The position numbers and the translations under genes were made by a program. Positions 1-12,099 of a stretch of 64,000 bases of DNA are shown here, in pieces. The DNA lies in NCBI GenBank assembly GCA_050273025.1, contig CP158635.1:24180001-24244000 (forward strand), given 5' to 3'. Source of the DNA: Cenococcum geophilum (Eukaryota). Under the pieces are notes generated by a model. The model was not told the DNA's origin. It saw only the letters and a list, made by a program, of their open reading frames with translations, and did not search any database. Position 1 is the first letter of the stretch, and every line of letters starts with the position of its first letter.

Positions 1-641
1 TCCTAGACTTTAGCCTTAAGTCCTTACTTATACTATACTATAAGCGCCCTATTATTCTACTCTACTTACGTCGCTAATGTCTAGAACTGCGTTATATACT
101 TAATCGCTAAGGTTTATTATATAATGTCTTAGAGTTTTCTTTTCGCTATAGTTGTTGCCTCTAGGTCTCCAAATATTTATATAAGTCATTCTATAAATCT
201 ATTCCAGCTTAAGAATATAAACCGTACCTCTTGGTTTGTAGTTGTTATTCTATTTACTTATATCTCTGTAAGGTAAAGCTTAAACCATTTAAGTGCCCTT
301 CCTGTTAAGAACAGTCCTACATATACTATTTAATCCATAGGTATTGCCAGCTTTGCTTCTTCCTATATAACCTTAAAGTACATTTATATAAGGAATCCTT
401 TAAGCTTTAATCTCTCTCTTAAGTACCTTTTAATCGATAGTAACTTAACCTTTGCTGCGCCTATTCTGTTAATCCTATTTTCTAACGCTATATTATTTTC
501 TATTAACTAGTTAACTATCTCTTATAACTATCCAACTGTTATAGGTTACTATAAGTTAGTATTTGCTATACTAGTGTTGTTACCTAACCTTAAAGTAGTT
601 GCTGCCGTCAATGGCGTTATAGTGGCTGCTTTTGGTGGTAT
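1..641 (-). pseudogene. gag: RIP-degraded Gypsy gag N-terminus
   Basis: Colinear with the gag of A, whose ATG is at 35723. Here the start codon is mutated to ATA and there are many TAA/TAG stops. Confidence 0.7.
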
Positions 642-682
642 ATTATTTAACTTTGTTAATACTATAACCTTAGTAGTAAATA

Positions 683-1103
683 TATAACAAAGCCTTGTAG
701 CAGGAACTACGGTAGACTTATTAATAGGCTAGGTATATAGGTAAACAAGAAGTTAACAACGTAATAATAACTAGTGGAGTGGTTGCCTAATAGATTAACT
801 CTAATTATATTCTAAGATTTACTACAAAGGAGAGAACTATCTAGGTAGGGACTGTGGTCCTTTAAATACACAACCGTACTCCTAAGAAATCCCCTTGGTA
901 CGTAAGGTATATATACTCTATCTACTTTATTATAGATCGTATAGATCGTATAGATTATATAGATTACGTTATATAACCTCGGTTACTATTCCTCGTTACA
1001 TAGCTCTATCGGCTCCATCTTAGACCGTGCCTAAATTAACTAACTAGCTTCTTCCAACTCCTCTCCAAGTAGTCGTAATATTATACTTAAAGCGTCTATA
1101 ATA
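683..1103 (-). repeat. LTR (5' LTR, U3 variant 1)
   Basis: Homologous to 22429-22853 over its full length. The left ~160 bp is also shared with 1925-2352, 35765-36184 and 39035-39476. Confidence 0.85.
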
Positions 1104-1148
1104 ACTAGACCCTAACCTAGACCCTTTTTAACCTATTAAATTTTAAAA

Positions 1149-1540
1149 ATAATAACCTCTCCTAAATTAAAAATAAACCTTATCCTTAATAAACCATCTA
1201 ATTAGATTTAATAATTTTTTATTATCTAAGATATAGCTAAAACTAATAAGGTATGGCAGTATATTAACCTATTTAAGAAGAAAGATAATCTTCTAAAGCT
1301 AGAACTACTAAGTTGGCCTATATTAAGAGATATACTACCTATAGCTATATTAATAGTAAAGCTAGACCCAAATTAGCTTACTACTTATAACTAGCTCTAC
1401 GCTAAATATAAGGATAATTTACGCGTATACTAGAAGCAAAAACAGGCTATAAACGATATTAATAACTATATCGTTCGCACCATATCGGTAGCCTACCTTC
1501 CACTTATTAACAGCCTTAGTAATTAGTTATATTAAATATT
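1149..1540 (+). pseudogene. probable Copia-type gag N-terminal fragment
   Basis: Translation of the form LILNKPSN*I**FFII*DIAKTNKVWQYINL resembles fungal Copia gag N-termini. No LTR was found; judged by eye only. Confidence 0.4.
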
Positions 1541-1655
1541 TAAGGCGTCTCTACTATTATAGTAGCTACTACAGTAATAAAGACACCCTATATTTTAGTA
1601 AGTAATTAAGCCCATCTTATACGAGAATCTTATACTATTAGTACTTACTAAATTA

Positions 1656-1924
1656 TATACTTATAGGGCCTTCTCCTATCTATAAATACTCCCTCCTTTA
1701 TACCTTCCTCTCTTCTTTTCTTCTTCTTCATAAGAGCTAGAGGTACTCTAATACTCCTTCTTAGTCCCTATTAAAGGATCTATTAGTTAATATAGTAATA
1801 TAGATAGTATTAGATAAGGAGACGGACGAGAAAAAAAATAGGAAGGATAGAGAAGCCTCTAGTATATATTAGTTAAGCAACGTTAATAGCTATATTATAG
1901 CTGTTTAATCTCCTATACTTATAG
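1656..1924. repeat. ~258-bp tandem repeat unit; the second unit is split by element A and resumes at 36185-36410
   Basis: TATACTTATAG occurs at 1656 and 1914, and 1664-1890 aligns with 36186-36410. Confidence 0.75.
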
Positions 1925-2352
1925 TATAACGAAGCCTTATAGTAGGAACTATGGTGGACTTATTAATGGGCCAGGTATATAGGTAAATAAGAAGTTAACA
2001 ATATAATAATAACTAGTAGAGTAGTTGCCTAATAGATTAACTCTAATTATATTCTAAGATTTACTATAAAGAAGAGAAACTATCTATAGAGACCGTCTGC
2101 CCTTAAATATATAACTCCTCCCTATAGTAAAGTGTTTAGTACATTAGTACATTAGTACGTTAGTACGTTAGTATATTACGTTTCCATATTCCTATATTCC
2201 TATGTTCTAAACTTATAACGTAATTAGCTACGTAACTTAGCTACTTTTTATCCTATAGCTTAATTGGTTCTAGCGCCTCCTATCCTATCTTAACTAACCC
2301 GTTTATATCTTTTCTTAATAGTTGTACTACTGCCAATATAAGGTCCATAACA
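1925..2352 (-). repeat. 3' LTR of Gypsy A (U3 variant 2)
   Basis: TATAACGAAGCC...GGTCCATAACA; direct repeat of 35765-36184. Confidence 0.9.
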
Positions 2353-2829
2353 CTATCTCCCTCCTCTCTATCTTTGTTTTTAAAGATATCTCTTATTTTT
2401 AAGTCGTCTATTAGAGGTATAGTATTCCCGTCTTTAATTTAATAACCTTTATTATTCCTAATACCTTCTATTAGATACTCTACGTCTAATCATTATAACT
2501 AGTTAGTAACATTTATTCTATTACTTAGTGAAGTTATACCGTCCTATTCTCGTTATATAGAGAAGAAGTTAGTATACATTACAATCGCATCTCCGTTTAG
2601 TCGCCAACCTTCTTTCTATACATCAGGATTTTTTTTAGGCACGTTGTTACAGGTTGCGGCAATTTGCTACAAACTGTGCGATTTACGTGGTCGTATATGG
2701 TCGTTAGCGATTCGCGCAAACCGCGCGTTTTGCAATAAAATTGCAGCATCTACTAGCAAATTATAGTAAAACGCTTAACTACCAAACTAATGCTAGCTTT
2801 TTGCTACCCTATAAATAAATAGCGCGTAA

Positions 2830-2890
2830 ACTGTACGAACTGTACGAACTGTACGAACTGTATAAACTGTATAAACTGTACAAATTGTAA
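2830..2890. repeat. 9-bp tandem repeat (ACTGTACGA)n
   Basis: About 6 copies read directly from the sequence. Confidence 0.8.
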
Positions 2891-3046
2891 TTATATAAAT
2901 TATTATTATATATAATAACTAAATTATCATATATTTCCATAGATTGCTATAATATACTTTTAAATATATTTATATTATAACTATATAAAATATAGAGCTA
3001 TCTACTTTAGGCGTTAAGAGGGAAGCCTCTCGCAGAGGCTCTAAAT

Positions 3047-3185
3047 TGTCTACCTGCCTGCCTGCCTGCCTGCCTGCTTACCTACCTGTCTGTCTGTCTG
3101 TCTGTCTCTCTATACCTACCCGTCTATGCCTACCTATCTGTGCCTACCTGTCTGTACTTACCTGTCTGTGCCTACCTGTCTATGT
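3047..3185. repeat. degenerate tetranucleotide microsatellite (CCTG/TCTG/CCTA)n
   Basis: Read directly from the sequence. Confidence 0.85.
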
Positions 3186-3250
3186 TACCTTGATTCGATC
3201 GATCGATCGAATCGTTTATCGTGTTCGCTGGCTGGTCGTTCGAATGGTTG

Positions 3251-3637
3251 TCGTGTGGCTCTAGCAGCGGTCGTGTGGCTCTGGCGACGGCCGTCTAGCT
3301 CTGACGACGGTCATCTGGCTCTGGCGACGGCCGTCTGGCTCTGGCGACGGTCGTCTAGCTCTGACGACGGTCATCTGGCTCTGGCGACGGTCATCTAGCT
3401 CTGACGACGATCGTCTGGCTCTGACGACGATCGTCTGGCTCTGACGACGGTCGTCCAGCTCTGACGACGGTCGTCCAGCTCTGGCGACAGTCATTTGGCT
3501 CTGGCAACGGCCGTCTGGCTCTGGCGACGGTCGTCTAGCTCTAACGACGGTCGTCTAGCTTCGGCGACGGTCGTCTAGCTCCGGCGATGGTCGTCTGGCT
3601 CCAGCGACGGCCGTCTGGTTCTGGCGACGGTCATCTG
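3251..3637. repeat. 20-bp minisatellite TCGTCTGGCTCTGGCGACGG, 19 full units plus a partial one
   Basis: Exact 20-bp period from 3251 to 3630 with no spacers. Confidence 0.95.
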
Positions 3638-3800
3638 CTGGCTGTCGTTCTGGTGTCTTCCTTAAGGGAGGATGTAAGAAAGGGTAAAAAATGAGGTGGC
3701 TACCTAGGTGTATATAGGGGGTATACTTGGCAGAGGCACGTGTAGAGGCTATCGGGAATATAGTGGGGACCCGATAGTAATGTGTCGCGCGCACACAGAA

Positions 3801-4046
3801 AGGCTTTGTGTAGAGCTTCGTGTAGAGCCTCCGTACGCAGAGCTTCGCGCAGAGCCTCATGCAGAGCCTCGTGTAGAGCTTCACGCAGAGCCTCGTGCAG
3901 AGCCTCTATATGTAGAGCTTTGTGTAGAGCCTTGTGTAGAGCCTCGTGCAAAGCTTTGTGCAGAGCTTCGTGCAGAGCTTCGTGCAGAGCTTCGTGCAGA
4001 GCTTCGTGCGGAGCTTCGTGCAGGGCTTCGTGCAGGGCTTTTGTAG
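3801..4046. repeat. 12-bp minisatellite GCAGAGCTTCGT, about 19-20 units
   Basis: Read directly; two units carry 3-bp insertions. Confidence 0.92.
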
Positions 4047-4771
4047 TATTTTTGTTGCAGCCGAAAATTAGGGTTTAGCTATTTGCGGCGATTTGCACGA
4101 GTAGCCTGTGTGTTTATAGTAAATCGCTGCAAGTTGCCGCAAATTGCCAAAATTGCGACTTACGCAGGTTTTGCAGACCCCGATTTTCGCTTGCAACAAC
4201 GTGCCCAAAAAAAAAAATCCTGACGTACTAAGTGTACGTAAGCAAATATACGGTTATCTTATAATATTTAATCCGTCTCTAACGCTAAGTATATATATCT
4301 TATTATTCTTTATAACCGTCTAGTTCCTTATCTAATCTCCTCTAAGGTTACGCGTATTAGTAGCAGCTGAAAGACTAAAGAGTAAGCTAGCTAAGGCCCT
4401 TATTAAAGTGTAGCGTTATTCTAATAAGGCGTCTTAAGCTCTAAAAGCTTAACTAGATACTTATACTCGCCTAAGCCGTCTAATAAAGGTCCGTAAAAAG
4501 GTGCGCTTAAAAGAGCTTCGCTTAGTAGAGTAAGGTCTATTTAAACTTAAGGCTAAGGAGGCTAAAAAGGATTCCTATTAAGAAGAGGCGGAAACAGTTT
4601 ATACGCTAGTAGTGGATCCCTTAGATAATCTAGCTTATCTATTACCTTTAACTAATCCTTTTATCTTTAGCTTCTTCTTAATATTATCTAACCTGTTTTC
4701 TTCTAATACTCCTATACCTTTCCTATAGTATTTTTTAAATTCTATAGTAGTTCTTAGGTAGTCTTATTATA

Positions 4772-5277
4772 CGGAGGCAGCGGGCAAAAGTTCCTGACCC
4801 CCCCCCCCTTATGTGCGCTAGCCTTTAGTGGCTTAGTATAGCGTAAGCAATGCTTGGCGCGCACTGTGGCGTTGCGGCGTATATAGCTCTCCCCTTAATA
4901 CTATACTCTACAAGCTTTTAAAACCTATTAAAATCTTATTATATCCTACTGTATATAATAGGTAACTTATATAATATCTGTATAAGGGCTCAGGCCCTTC
5001 CTATAAAGATTTATAGCAGTATAAATACCGATATTTAAGCCGCTACCGGACGAGCTGGTATAGAAGATGGATTTTAGCTCTCTATAACGAGAGTTTAGAT
5101 ATATAACATTATAATAGCTACCTAGTGTAGTAATAAGGTATAGGGTTACTGCTTCTGCCTACTGCCTTATCTACCACCTCGTCCACTACCCTTCTTCCTA
5201 ATATGGAACGCCAAGAAAGTAATTTTGTGGCGCTTTTGTGGCGTAAGGGGGCTAGGTACTTTTAGCCGCTGCCTTCG
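4772..5277. mobile_element. 506-bp MITE or deleted Tc1/mariner-type element inserted in the chromodomain of Gypsy A
   Basis: Imperfect ~30-bp TIRs CGGAGGCAGCGGGCAAAAGTTCC and GGTACTTTTAGCCGCTGCCTTCG, with TA at 4770-4771 and 5278-5279. The flanks rejoin to a chromodomain-like YKVK*IGYNKTT*EL on minus. Confidence 0.85.
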
Positions 5278-5701
5278 TAGCCTATCTACTTAACCTTATA
5301 CTATATTTTATTGTTAATGTCCTTATAACTAACAATCTTAAAAACTTACTATTTATCTTCCTCTTATCCTCTATACGTGTCTACTTTATAAATTAGTGGC
5401 TTAATATTTCTATATACTGGCTCTAGTATTATAATATACTATATAGGGTAGATCTTTATCTTAGCTAGTAGGTCTAGCTTAAATATAACTAGTAAAATCC
5501 TCTATATAATTTTAAAAGGTCCTAGTCTAATATAATATAATTTCTATCACAGTGCTATAATAAAGTAGACTAAATAACTACGTTATAGTATAAAGAGGAG
5601 AAGAAGGTAGAAATAGGGTATTGTATACAAATAGTAGGGCCGGCCGCTAAGGTACTAGTAGTGGGCTAGCTAATAGTAGGAAATAGTACAAGATAGTATA
5701 A

Positions 5702-8700
5702 TGTCACGGGACACCCCCGTAACACCTTGCACACGTTTACCTATTTCCACCGACTTAGCAATTAGAGACCAACTGCAAAATGGCAATCTAACTGCAATCT
5801 AGCGGCAATCTACGGCATTCTGCTATATTCTGCCAAGTTCCACCAAATTCTGCCAAGTTCTGCCAGGACCACAACCTAAACCCTATTCTGCCCTATATAC
5901 ATATTAACTAAGCAACCAAGTTAACAATATATGCCCTTTCTTCCCGATCTCCTACCTTCTCTCCTTATATAACGTCTTAACCTCATTACACAGTTTATAT
6001 ATATAGCTTAATAATATCTACTTCGTTATATATTATTATCACTTATACTTACTCTGTAACACTATATTGCGTTAACTACTTACACTACTACCCAAAATAG
6101 AAAACGCACCTAAAGCCCCCATAACGGCCGCCGATATTATATCTATCCTCTAAAAATAAATGGCAAGTATGCAGAAGTCCTTTATAGAGGCCCTCGAACA
6201 ACAACGAGTTACCTTAACTTAATAATAAGCCAAATAAGAAGCACGGTATTAGAAAACAATAGAAGCCCTCTAAGAAGAAGTCCGTACCCTTAAGATACCT
6301 ACGCTAGAACCCTAAGACCGAATACTATCTCTAGAGATAAACACGCGAAACGCAAGTCCTAAACCTATAGTAGCTATTTACCCCAAACCAACTACCGTAC
6401 TATAACAATCTAAGCGGTTACCTAACCCCCTAGTATTTACTAGTAAACAATAAAAGCTCTAATTATTCCTAAGCCAGCTAAAAAATAAGTTAACTAGTAA
6501 CGCTAACCGTTACCTAACCAAAGCCAACCAACTCTATTACGCCCTAAGTTAACTAGGAGGAGAGGTAGCTAATCTTATTAAACCTCTTTAGCCAACCTTA
6601 GTATAAAGCCTAGTTATACTTCTTAAAGCCTTATACGGTAACCTAAACCGCTAAGCTACTACCTAGAAAAAGATAAACTATATAGCTTAAGGAACGAAAA
6701 GTTTCCTAGTATACTTCTTTAAATTTAACCGTTACGCAAGGGAAATAGGCTAGAACGACTCCGCACTAATTAACAGCCTTATTAAATCTCTAAGCCCTAA
6801 ACTAAAAACCTCCCTAATAGGCGTAGACCTACCGGGAGCCCTTAACGCCTACGTAAACGTCGTTAATAAACAGTATAATAATATACTACGCCTAACACCA
6901 AAACACGCCCCTTAATACAATACGACAGCCCTATAAACGTCTACTAAGTCATCTTAGCCTAAGCATCCTAACGCCATAGATATTAACACTAAAACCCTAG
7001 AGTACGCCCTACTAGGGTCCCCTAAATAAGAAAGACGCATTAAGCTAGGCCTCTGCTTTAAGTGCGGAAGTAAGGACCACATCTTAAAATATTGTCTTAT
7101 CCCCTTATCTACGCCCCAAAACAATTTACAAACGGCTAATACTAGCAGCTATTCACCATATCGATCTTCTAGTTACCGTCCCCGATCTCTACCTAGTTCT
7201 AGCCCTATGTCTAGTAAGCACTATTTATAAGGACGAAGCTACAGCTAACGTCCTATAAGAACCCCACCCTAATCGCCTTTAAAAGGAAGGTCCTAAAGCT
7301 AAGTCGCTCTCCGGGACGGCTCTGCTATAGGATCTCATTAAACGCATTTAATGTCACAAACTCCGACTCTTAGGACTATAGCATAACTATTAACTGCCGT
7401 CTTTAGCAGAATAGTTAATAGGCTAACGCTTAAATCCTAATTAACACAGGAGCTAGCGGTATAGGATTTATTAATAAGATCTTTATATAAGATAATAGTT
7501 TTACCCTAACCCCCCTTAACCGGCGCATTAACGTATTTGGATTTAATGGTAAACACACTATCTTAGGCCGTATTACCCACGTAGTATTCCTAAGACTCTA
7601 ATACCTAAACTATAAAGAATTAATTAAACTTTTTGTTACCACCCTAAGTCACTCGGTAATCCTTAAATAACCCTAAATAAAGCTATATAAGGTAACTATC
7701 GATTAGAACAACCTTAAGCTTCTATTTACCGCCTCCTGTTGTAAGCAGAAGTGCCTTACAACTTACTACTTAGACCCAGAACTAAAATCTAAAAAACCCA
7801 CCAGGATCCACCAGTCTAAAATTTCCACAACTGTCCACCCTACGCCTAAAGAATCCACCAGATTCTACCAACCCAGGAATTCCACCGAATTCCACCGACG
7901 TAAGATTTCCACCAATATCCATTAAGGATCTAAAAATTCCACCAAACCCTACAAACAGACCCTAAGTACTGCACCGCCCCAAGCTAAGTAGAAGCTTAAG
8001 CTTAATACACAAAAATACTAGAAGGACTAGTATTCTACTATAAAAAGGATTCTTAAAGAACCTAAACCTAAATCTAATACTAACTCCGTACCTAATACTA
8101 AACCTAAACCTAAGTAAGAAACTACAAGCAATCCGAGCAAGCTCAGTACCCTAGATATCCATATAATTAGAGCTACCCCGTTAGCGCAACTTGCTAAGAA
8201 ACCCGAGCATACAATCTTCGCTGTTACGATAGCCGATATTAAGAAGGCCTTAGCACTAAGGAAGCACACTAACCCTGCCACAAAGGTACTAATAGAGTAT
8301 TATCATCGCCTAGATACGTTCTTATAAAAGAAAGCCAATAAGCTACTAGAACACCAACTATACAACTATAAGATTATACTTAAAGAAGGAAAGTAGCCTA
8401 GATTTAGACCCTTATACGGGATATCCTAAAATAAACTCTAAGTGCTATAAAAGTATTTAGACGAGAACCTAAGCAAAGGATTTATTAAAGCAAGCTCGTC
8501 GCCTATAGCCGCACTAGTAATCTTTATTAAGAAACCTAGCGGCGGTTTACGCTTCTATATAGACTACTAAGCTCTTAACGCCATTACCGTCAAGAACTAA
8601 TACCTAATCCCGTTAATATAAGAGACGCTAAACTAACTAAGTAAGGCTCGTTACTACACGAAGCTCGATATCATCTCTACATTTAACCGTCTCCGTATTG

Positions 8701-11639
8701 CAAAAGGGGATAAATAGCTTACTGCATTTCGTACCCGATATAGACTATTTAAATACTTAGTAACACCCTTTAGCCTTATAAACACTCTAAGCTTGTTTTA
8801 ACATTATATAAATAACACCCTACGCCCCTACCTAGATATCTTCTATACTGCTTATATTAACGATATCCTAATATATAGTAATAACCTAACCAAATATTGA
8901 AAATATATTAACCTTATCCTATAAGCCCTGCACGGAACTAGTCTATAATTAGATATTAATAAATACGAGTTTTATAAAACGGAAGTCCTATACCTTAAAC
9001 TCCTTATTTCTATAAATAGTATATAAATAGACCCAAAGAAAGTCAAAGTAATTATAAACTGGTAAGAACCCGAGAACGTTAAGGACGTAAGATCCTTTAT
9101 AGGATTTGCTAATTTCTACCAACGGTTTATTAACAACTTCTCCGCCCTAGTTTTACCCCTTATAGCTCTAACCTAAAAGGATAAAGTTTTTATCTTTAAC
9201 AAAGAATATAAGAAGGCCTTTACCTATCTAAAGGTTATATTTACTACTGCGCCCGTACTTTAATACTTTAACCTAAACCAAATAAGTGTTATAGAAGCCG
9301 TCTTATCTAACTATATTACTAGAGGCATCCTGTCTTAATATAACGAGGATAGAGTATTGCACCCTATAGTATACTTCTTAAAACAACTAAGCCCAGCCAA
9401 ATACAACTACGAGATCTACGATAAGGAATTATTAGCTATTATTAGATGCTTTAAATAATAGTGACCCAAACTAGAAGGCGCCGGATTTCCGATTAAGGTC
9501 CTTAGCGACTATAAGAACCTATAGTACTTCACAACCACGAAACAGCTAAGTTATTATTAGGCCCGCTGGTTAGAATATCTATCTCGTTTCCAATTCTTAA
9601 TTACATACCGCCTAGGCGTCTAAGGTTAGAAGCCTAATGCCCTAACCCAACGCTTATAAGACGCGCCAGCCCTAGAAGAAGCGCGCTCTTACCAAAATCA
9701 GACCCTACTTCGCCCTAAACTATTTAACCCTCCTACTAAAGATCTTACGGTACTCGTCCTTAAAATAACTAATTAATTAATTAAGCAGATTATACCCAAA
9801 TAACGAGTTTATCTAAAAGACGCTTAAGCTAATATAAGATAGTACTAGACGCTCTAAAAAGATTTCTCTAAGTAAATATAAAGCCCGTAGAAACCGCTTA
9901 TATTACTAGAACCATCTAGTTATCCCTAATTATAATAAGCTTAAACTTAAGCTCCTTAAACACGTATATAACCTACTAGTAGCCGGCTATCTAGGCCGAG
10001 GAAAAACCCTAGAACTGCTCTAACGAGAATACTATTAGCCGAATATATATAATATAACACGAAGGTACATCTCTAGCTGCTATATTTACCGACGAGCTAA
10101 AGCTTCGCATAAGACGTACAACGGCCTTTTAAAGCCACTACCTGCTCCAGACCGAAGATGGAAGGATATCTTAATTAACTTCGTTGTTAATCTCCCCGTA
10201 AGTAAAGGCTGCATAAATATTATAGTAGTTATAAACCAACTGTCTAAAATGAGACACTTAATTGCCTGCCCCGATATATTAACACCTGCCGTTGCCTAGC
10301 TATTCCTAGATTACGTATAGAAACTCCACGGACTTCCTAAAACAATTATCTCTAATAGAGGCAGCTAGTTTATCTCTGCATTTTGGGAAAAACTAACTAC
10401 CCAACTCCACATTAAAGCACTATTATTTACAGCATACCACTTAGAAACGGATGGTTAAACGGAACGTGTAAATGCTATAATAGAGTAGTATATTTAGATA
10501 TACACGTCATACTTATAAGATAACTAGATTGACTGGCTTGCATTTACTAAGTTTACGGCAAATAATTCCGTTTCAGAAACTATAAAGGTCTCCCCGTTCC
10601 TAGCTAACTACGGCTAGCATCCATAAATAGGTTTTAAACCCTTTAGCAACGTTCCTCGCCCCACTTATTAAGCCTTATAAATTACAGAAGCAAACAAATT
10701 TATAGAAAAGATGGAGGAACTATAACAGTTCCTTACTAACGAAATAATATGGGCCTAATCTGTCTATAAAGCCGCAGCGAATAAAAAACGAACCCTAGCA
10801 CCAGCCTATTAAATTGGTAACTTCGTCTAGCTAGATATAAGAAATCTAAACATAAAACGACCTACTAAGAAACTTAATTGGAAGAACGCTGGCCCTTATA
10901 AGGTTGAGAAGGTTATCTCCTTTTACTCCTACTAATTAAAGCTCCCTAATACGGTTAAAATCTACCCTATATTCTACACGTCAGTCCTCTATCCTACTAC
11001 CCCTATATTAGACGCCCTACCTAGACAGATATAGGACCCTCCCCTACCAGTTAAAGTAAATGGTAAGAGTAAGTACTTTATTAAAAGAATTAACAATATT
11101 AAGTATGACAAACGGAAACGCTAATATATATATCTTATAAAATGGAGAGGCTTTACTAAGTCCTTATAGGAACCCATTAACTCTATAGGACTTACATAAG
11201 CCACAGAAGACTTTCACGAACTCTACCTAGAACTACTACAGCCCTACCTTACAGAAGCTCAAGTTTAAAGGGGGGGTACTATCACAGGACACCCCCGTAA
11301 CACCTTACACACATCTACCTATTTCTACTAACCTAGCAATTAGAGACCAACTATAAAATGGCAATCTAACGGCAATCTAGCGGCAATCTACGGCATTCTG
11401 CTATATTCTGCTAAGTTTTACCAAATTCTGCCAAGTTCTGCTAGGACCACAACCTAAACTCTATTCTGCCCTATGTATATATTAACTAAGCAACCAAGTC
11501 AATAATATATGCCCTTTCTTCCCAATCTCCTACCTTCTCTCCTTACGCAACGTCTTGACCTTATTACACAGTTTATATACATAGCTTAATAATATCTACT
11601 TCGTTATATATTATCACCACTTATGCTCACTCCGTAACA
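5702..11639 (+). mobile_element. Gypsy chromovirus C, full length, inserted in the 3' LTR of B
   Basis: 360-bp LTRs at 5702-6061 and 11280-11639, TSD TATAA (5697-5701, 11640-11644), and a G-rich PPT before 11280. Confidence 0.95.
6097..11270 (+). pseudogene. pol: RIP-degraded gag-pol of Gypsy C (gag, CCHC, PR, RT, RNase H, IN, chromodomain)
   Basis: CFKCGSKDHILKYC at ~7050, RT YIND (from YIDD) at 8853-8864, [12 protein letters not shown] at ~9405, integrase core at ~10150-10620, GPY at ~10890, chromodomain at ~11070-11220. Confidence 0.9.
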
Positions 11640-11789
11640 TATAAAACAGTATACATTAGGTCAGTGCTGTAATAGCACTCCTCTCCCCTAGATAGTTTAG
11701 TCCCTAAATTAAATAAATAACTCTAAAATAGGCAGTGTTTAGGGTCGCCTATTTTTTACCATAAAGATATTAGTTTTACTTACCGCCCT

Positions 11790-11970
11790 TAACCAAGCTA
11801 ATAGCGATTTTCTATACCGGGCATAGAAAATCCTAATTAGTTAGTTTAGTAAGTAAGGTTAATAGAACTTTATACCACCACCTAAATTAATCCGCGTGGC
11901 GTTTCTTAGTAAGAATCTAGCCAATTAAATAACTTTAACCGCTAGTCGAAGTTCTATAATATCTTAACTA
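11790..11970 (-). promoter_or_regulatory. 3' UTR module with a 27-bp palindrome (11806-11832), shared with Copia elements; function unknown
   Basis: Aligns with 40728-40890 and, as reverse complement, with 30380-30505. Confidence 0.6.
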
Positions 11971-12099
11971 CCACAAATTTTAATACGGTGGTCGGCTATT
12001 ACCTTAGCGTGACTTTTCCTTATCTTGTGCCTAGTTTAGGGGTTCTAGCTTCTTAGGGTGTTGCTTATAAAAGCGCTATACAGCCTATTTATAACCCTT

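Larger units (their letters stand above)
1..1103 (-). mobile_element. Gypsy LTR retrotransposon, 5' part (family of element A), continues left of the window
   Basis: 1-680 aligns with the gag region of element A (23060-23093 plus 35120-35763). The LTR at 683-1103 (TATAAC...CTATAATA, RIP-mutated TG...CA) matches the solo LTR at 22429-22853. Confidence 0.85.
2621..4225. mobile_element. non-autonomous TIR DNA transposon (Tc1/mariner-type TA target), 1605 bp
   Basis: TIRs CATCAGGATTTTTTTTAGGCACGTTGTTACA and TGCAACAACGTGCCCAAAAAAAAAAATCCTGACG, with TA at 2619-2620 and 4226-4227. The flanks rejoin in frame. No transposase seen. Confidence 0.88.
2461..4730 (+). pseudogene. antisense accessory gene of Gypsy A: Zn(II)2Cys6-like motif plus coiled coil, interrupted by the TIR element at 2621-4225
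   Basis: The frame from 2461 continues in phase at 4228 after excision. TAT/TAC/TGT codons at 2545, 2554, 2575, 2617, 4233 and 4260 give C-x2-C-x6-C-x13-C-x2-C-x8-C if RIP is reverted. Putative intron at 4289-4346. The 3' end is approximate. Confidence 0.65.

Noticed and set aside
3251..3637. CRISPR-like array
   Set aside because: The units are contiguous 20-mers with no unique spacers, there are no cas genes, and the context is eukaryotic.
3046..4078. Seven overlapping ORFs in the supplied track, including the EALH/AELR repeats
   Set aside because: They are open only because of GC-rich tandem repeats, occur in several frames and on both strands, and show no domain signal.
4068..4078. Telomere-like TTAGGG words here and scattered elsewhere
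   Set aside because: They are isolated single copies, expected by chance in TA-enriched DNA.
8027..8281. 84-aa hydrophobic minus-strand ORF
   Set aside because: It is the antisense shadow of the Gypsy C pol.
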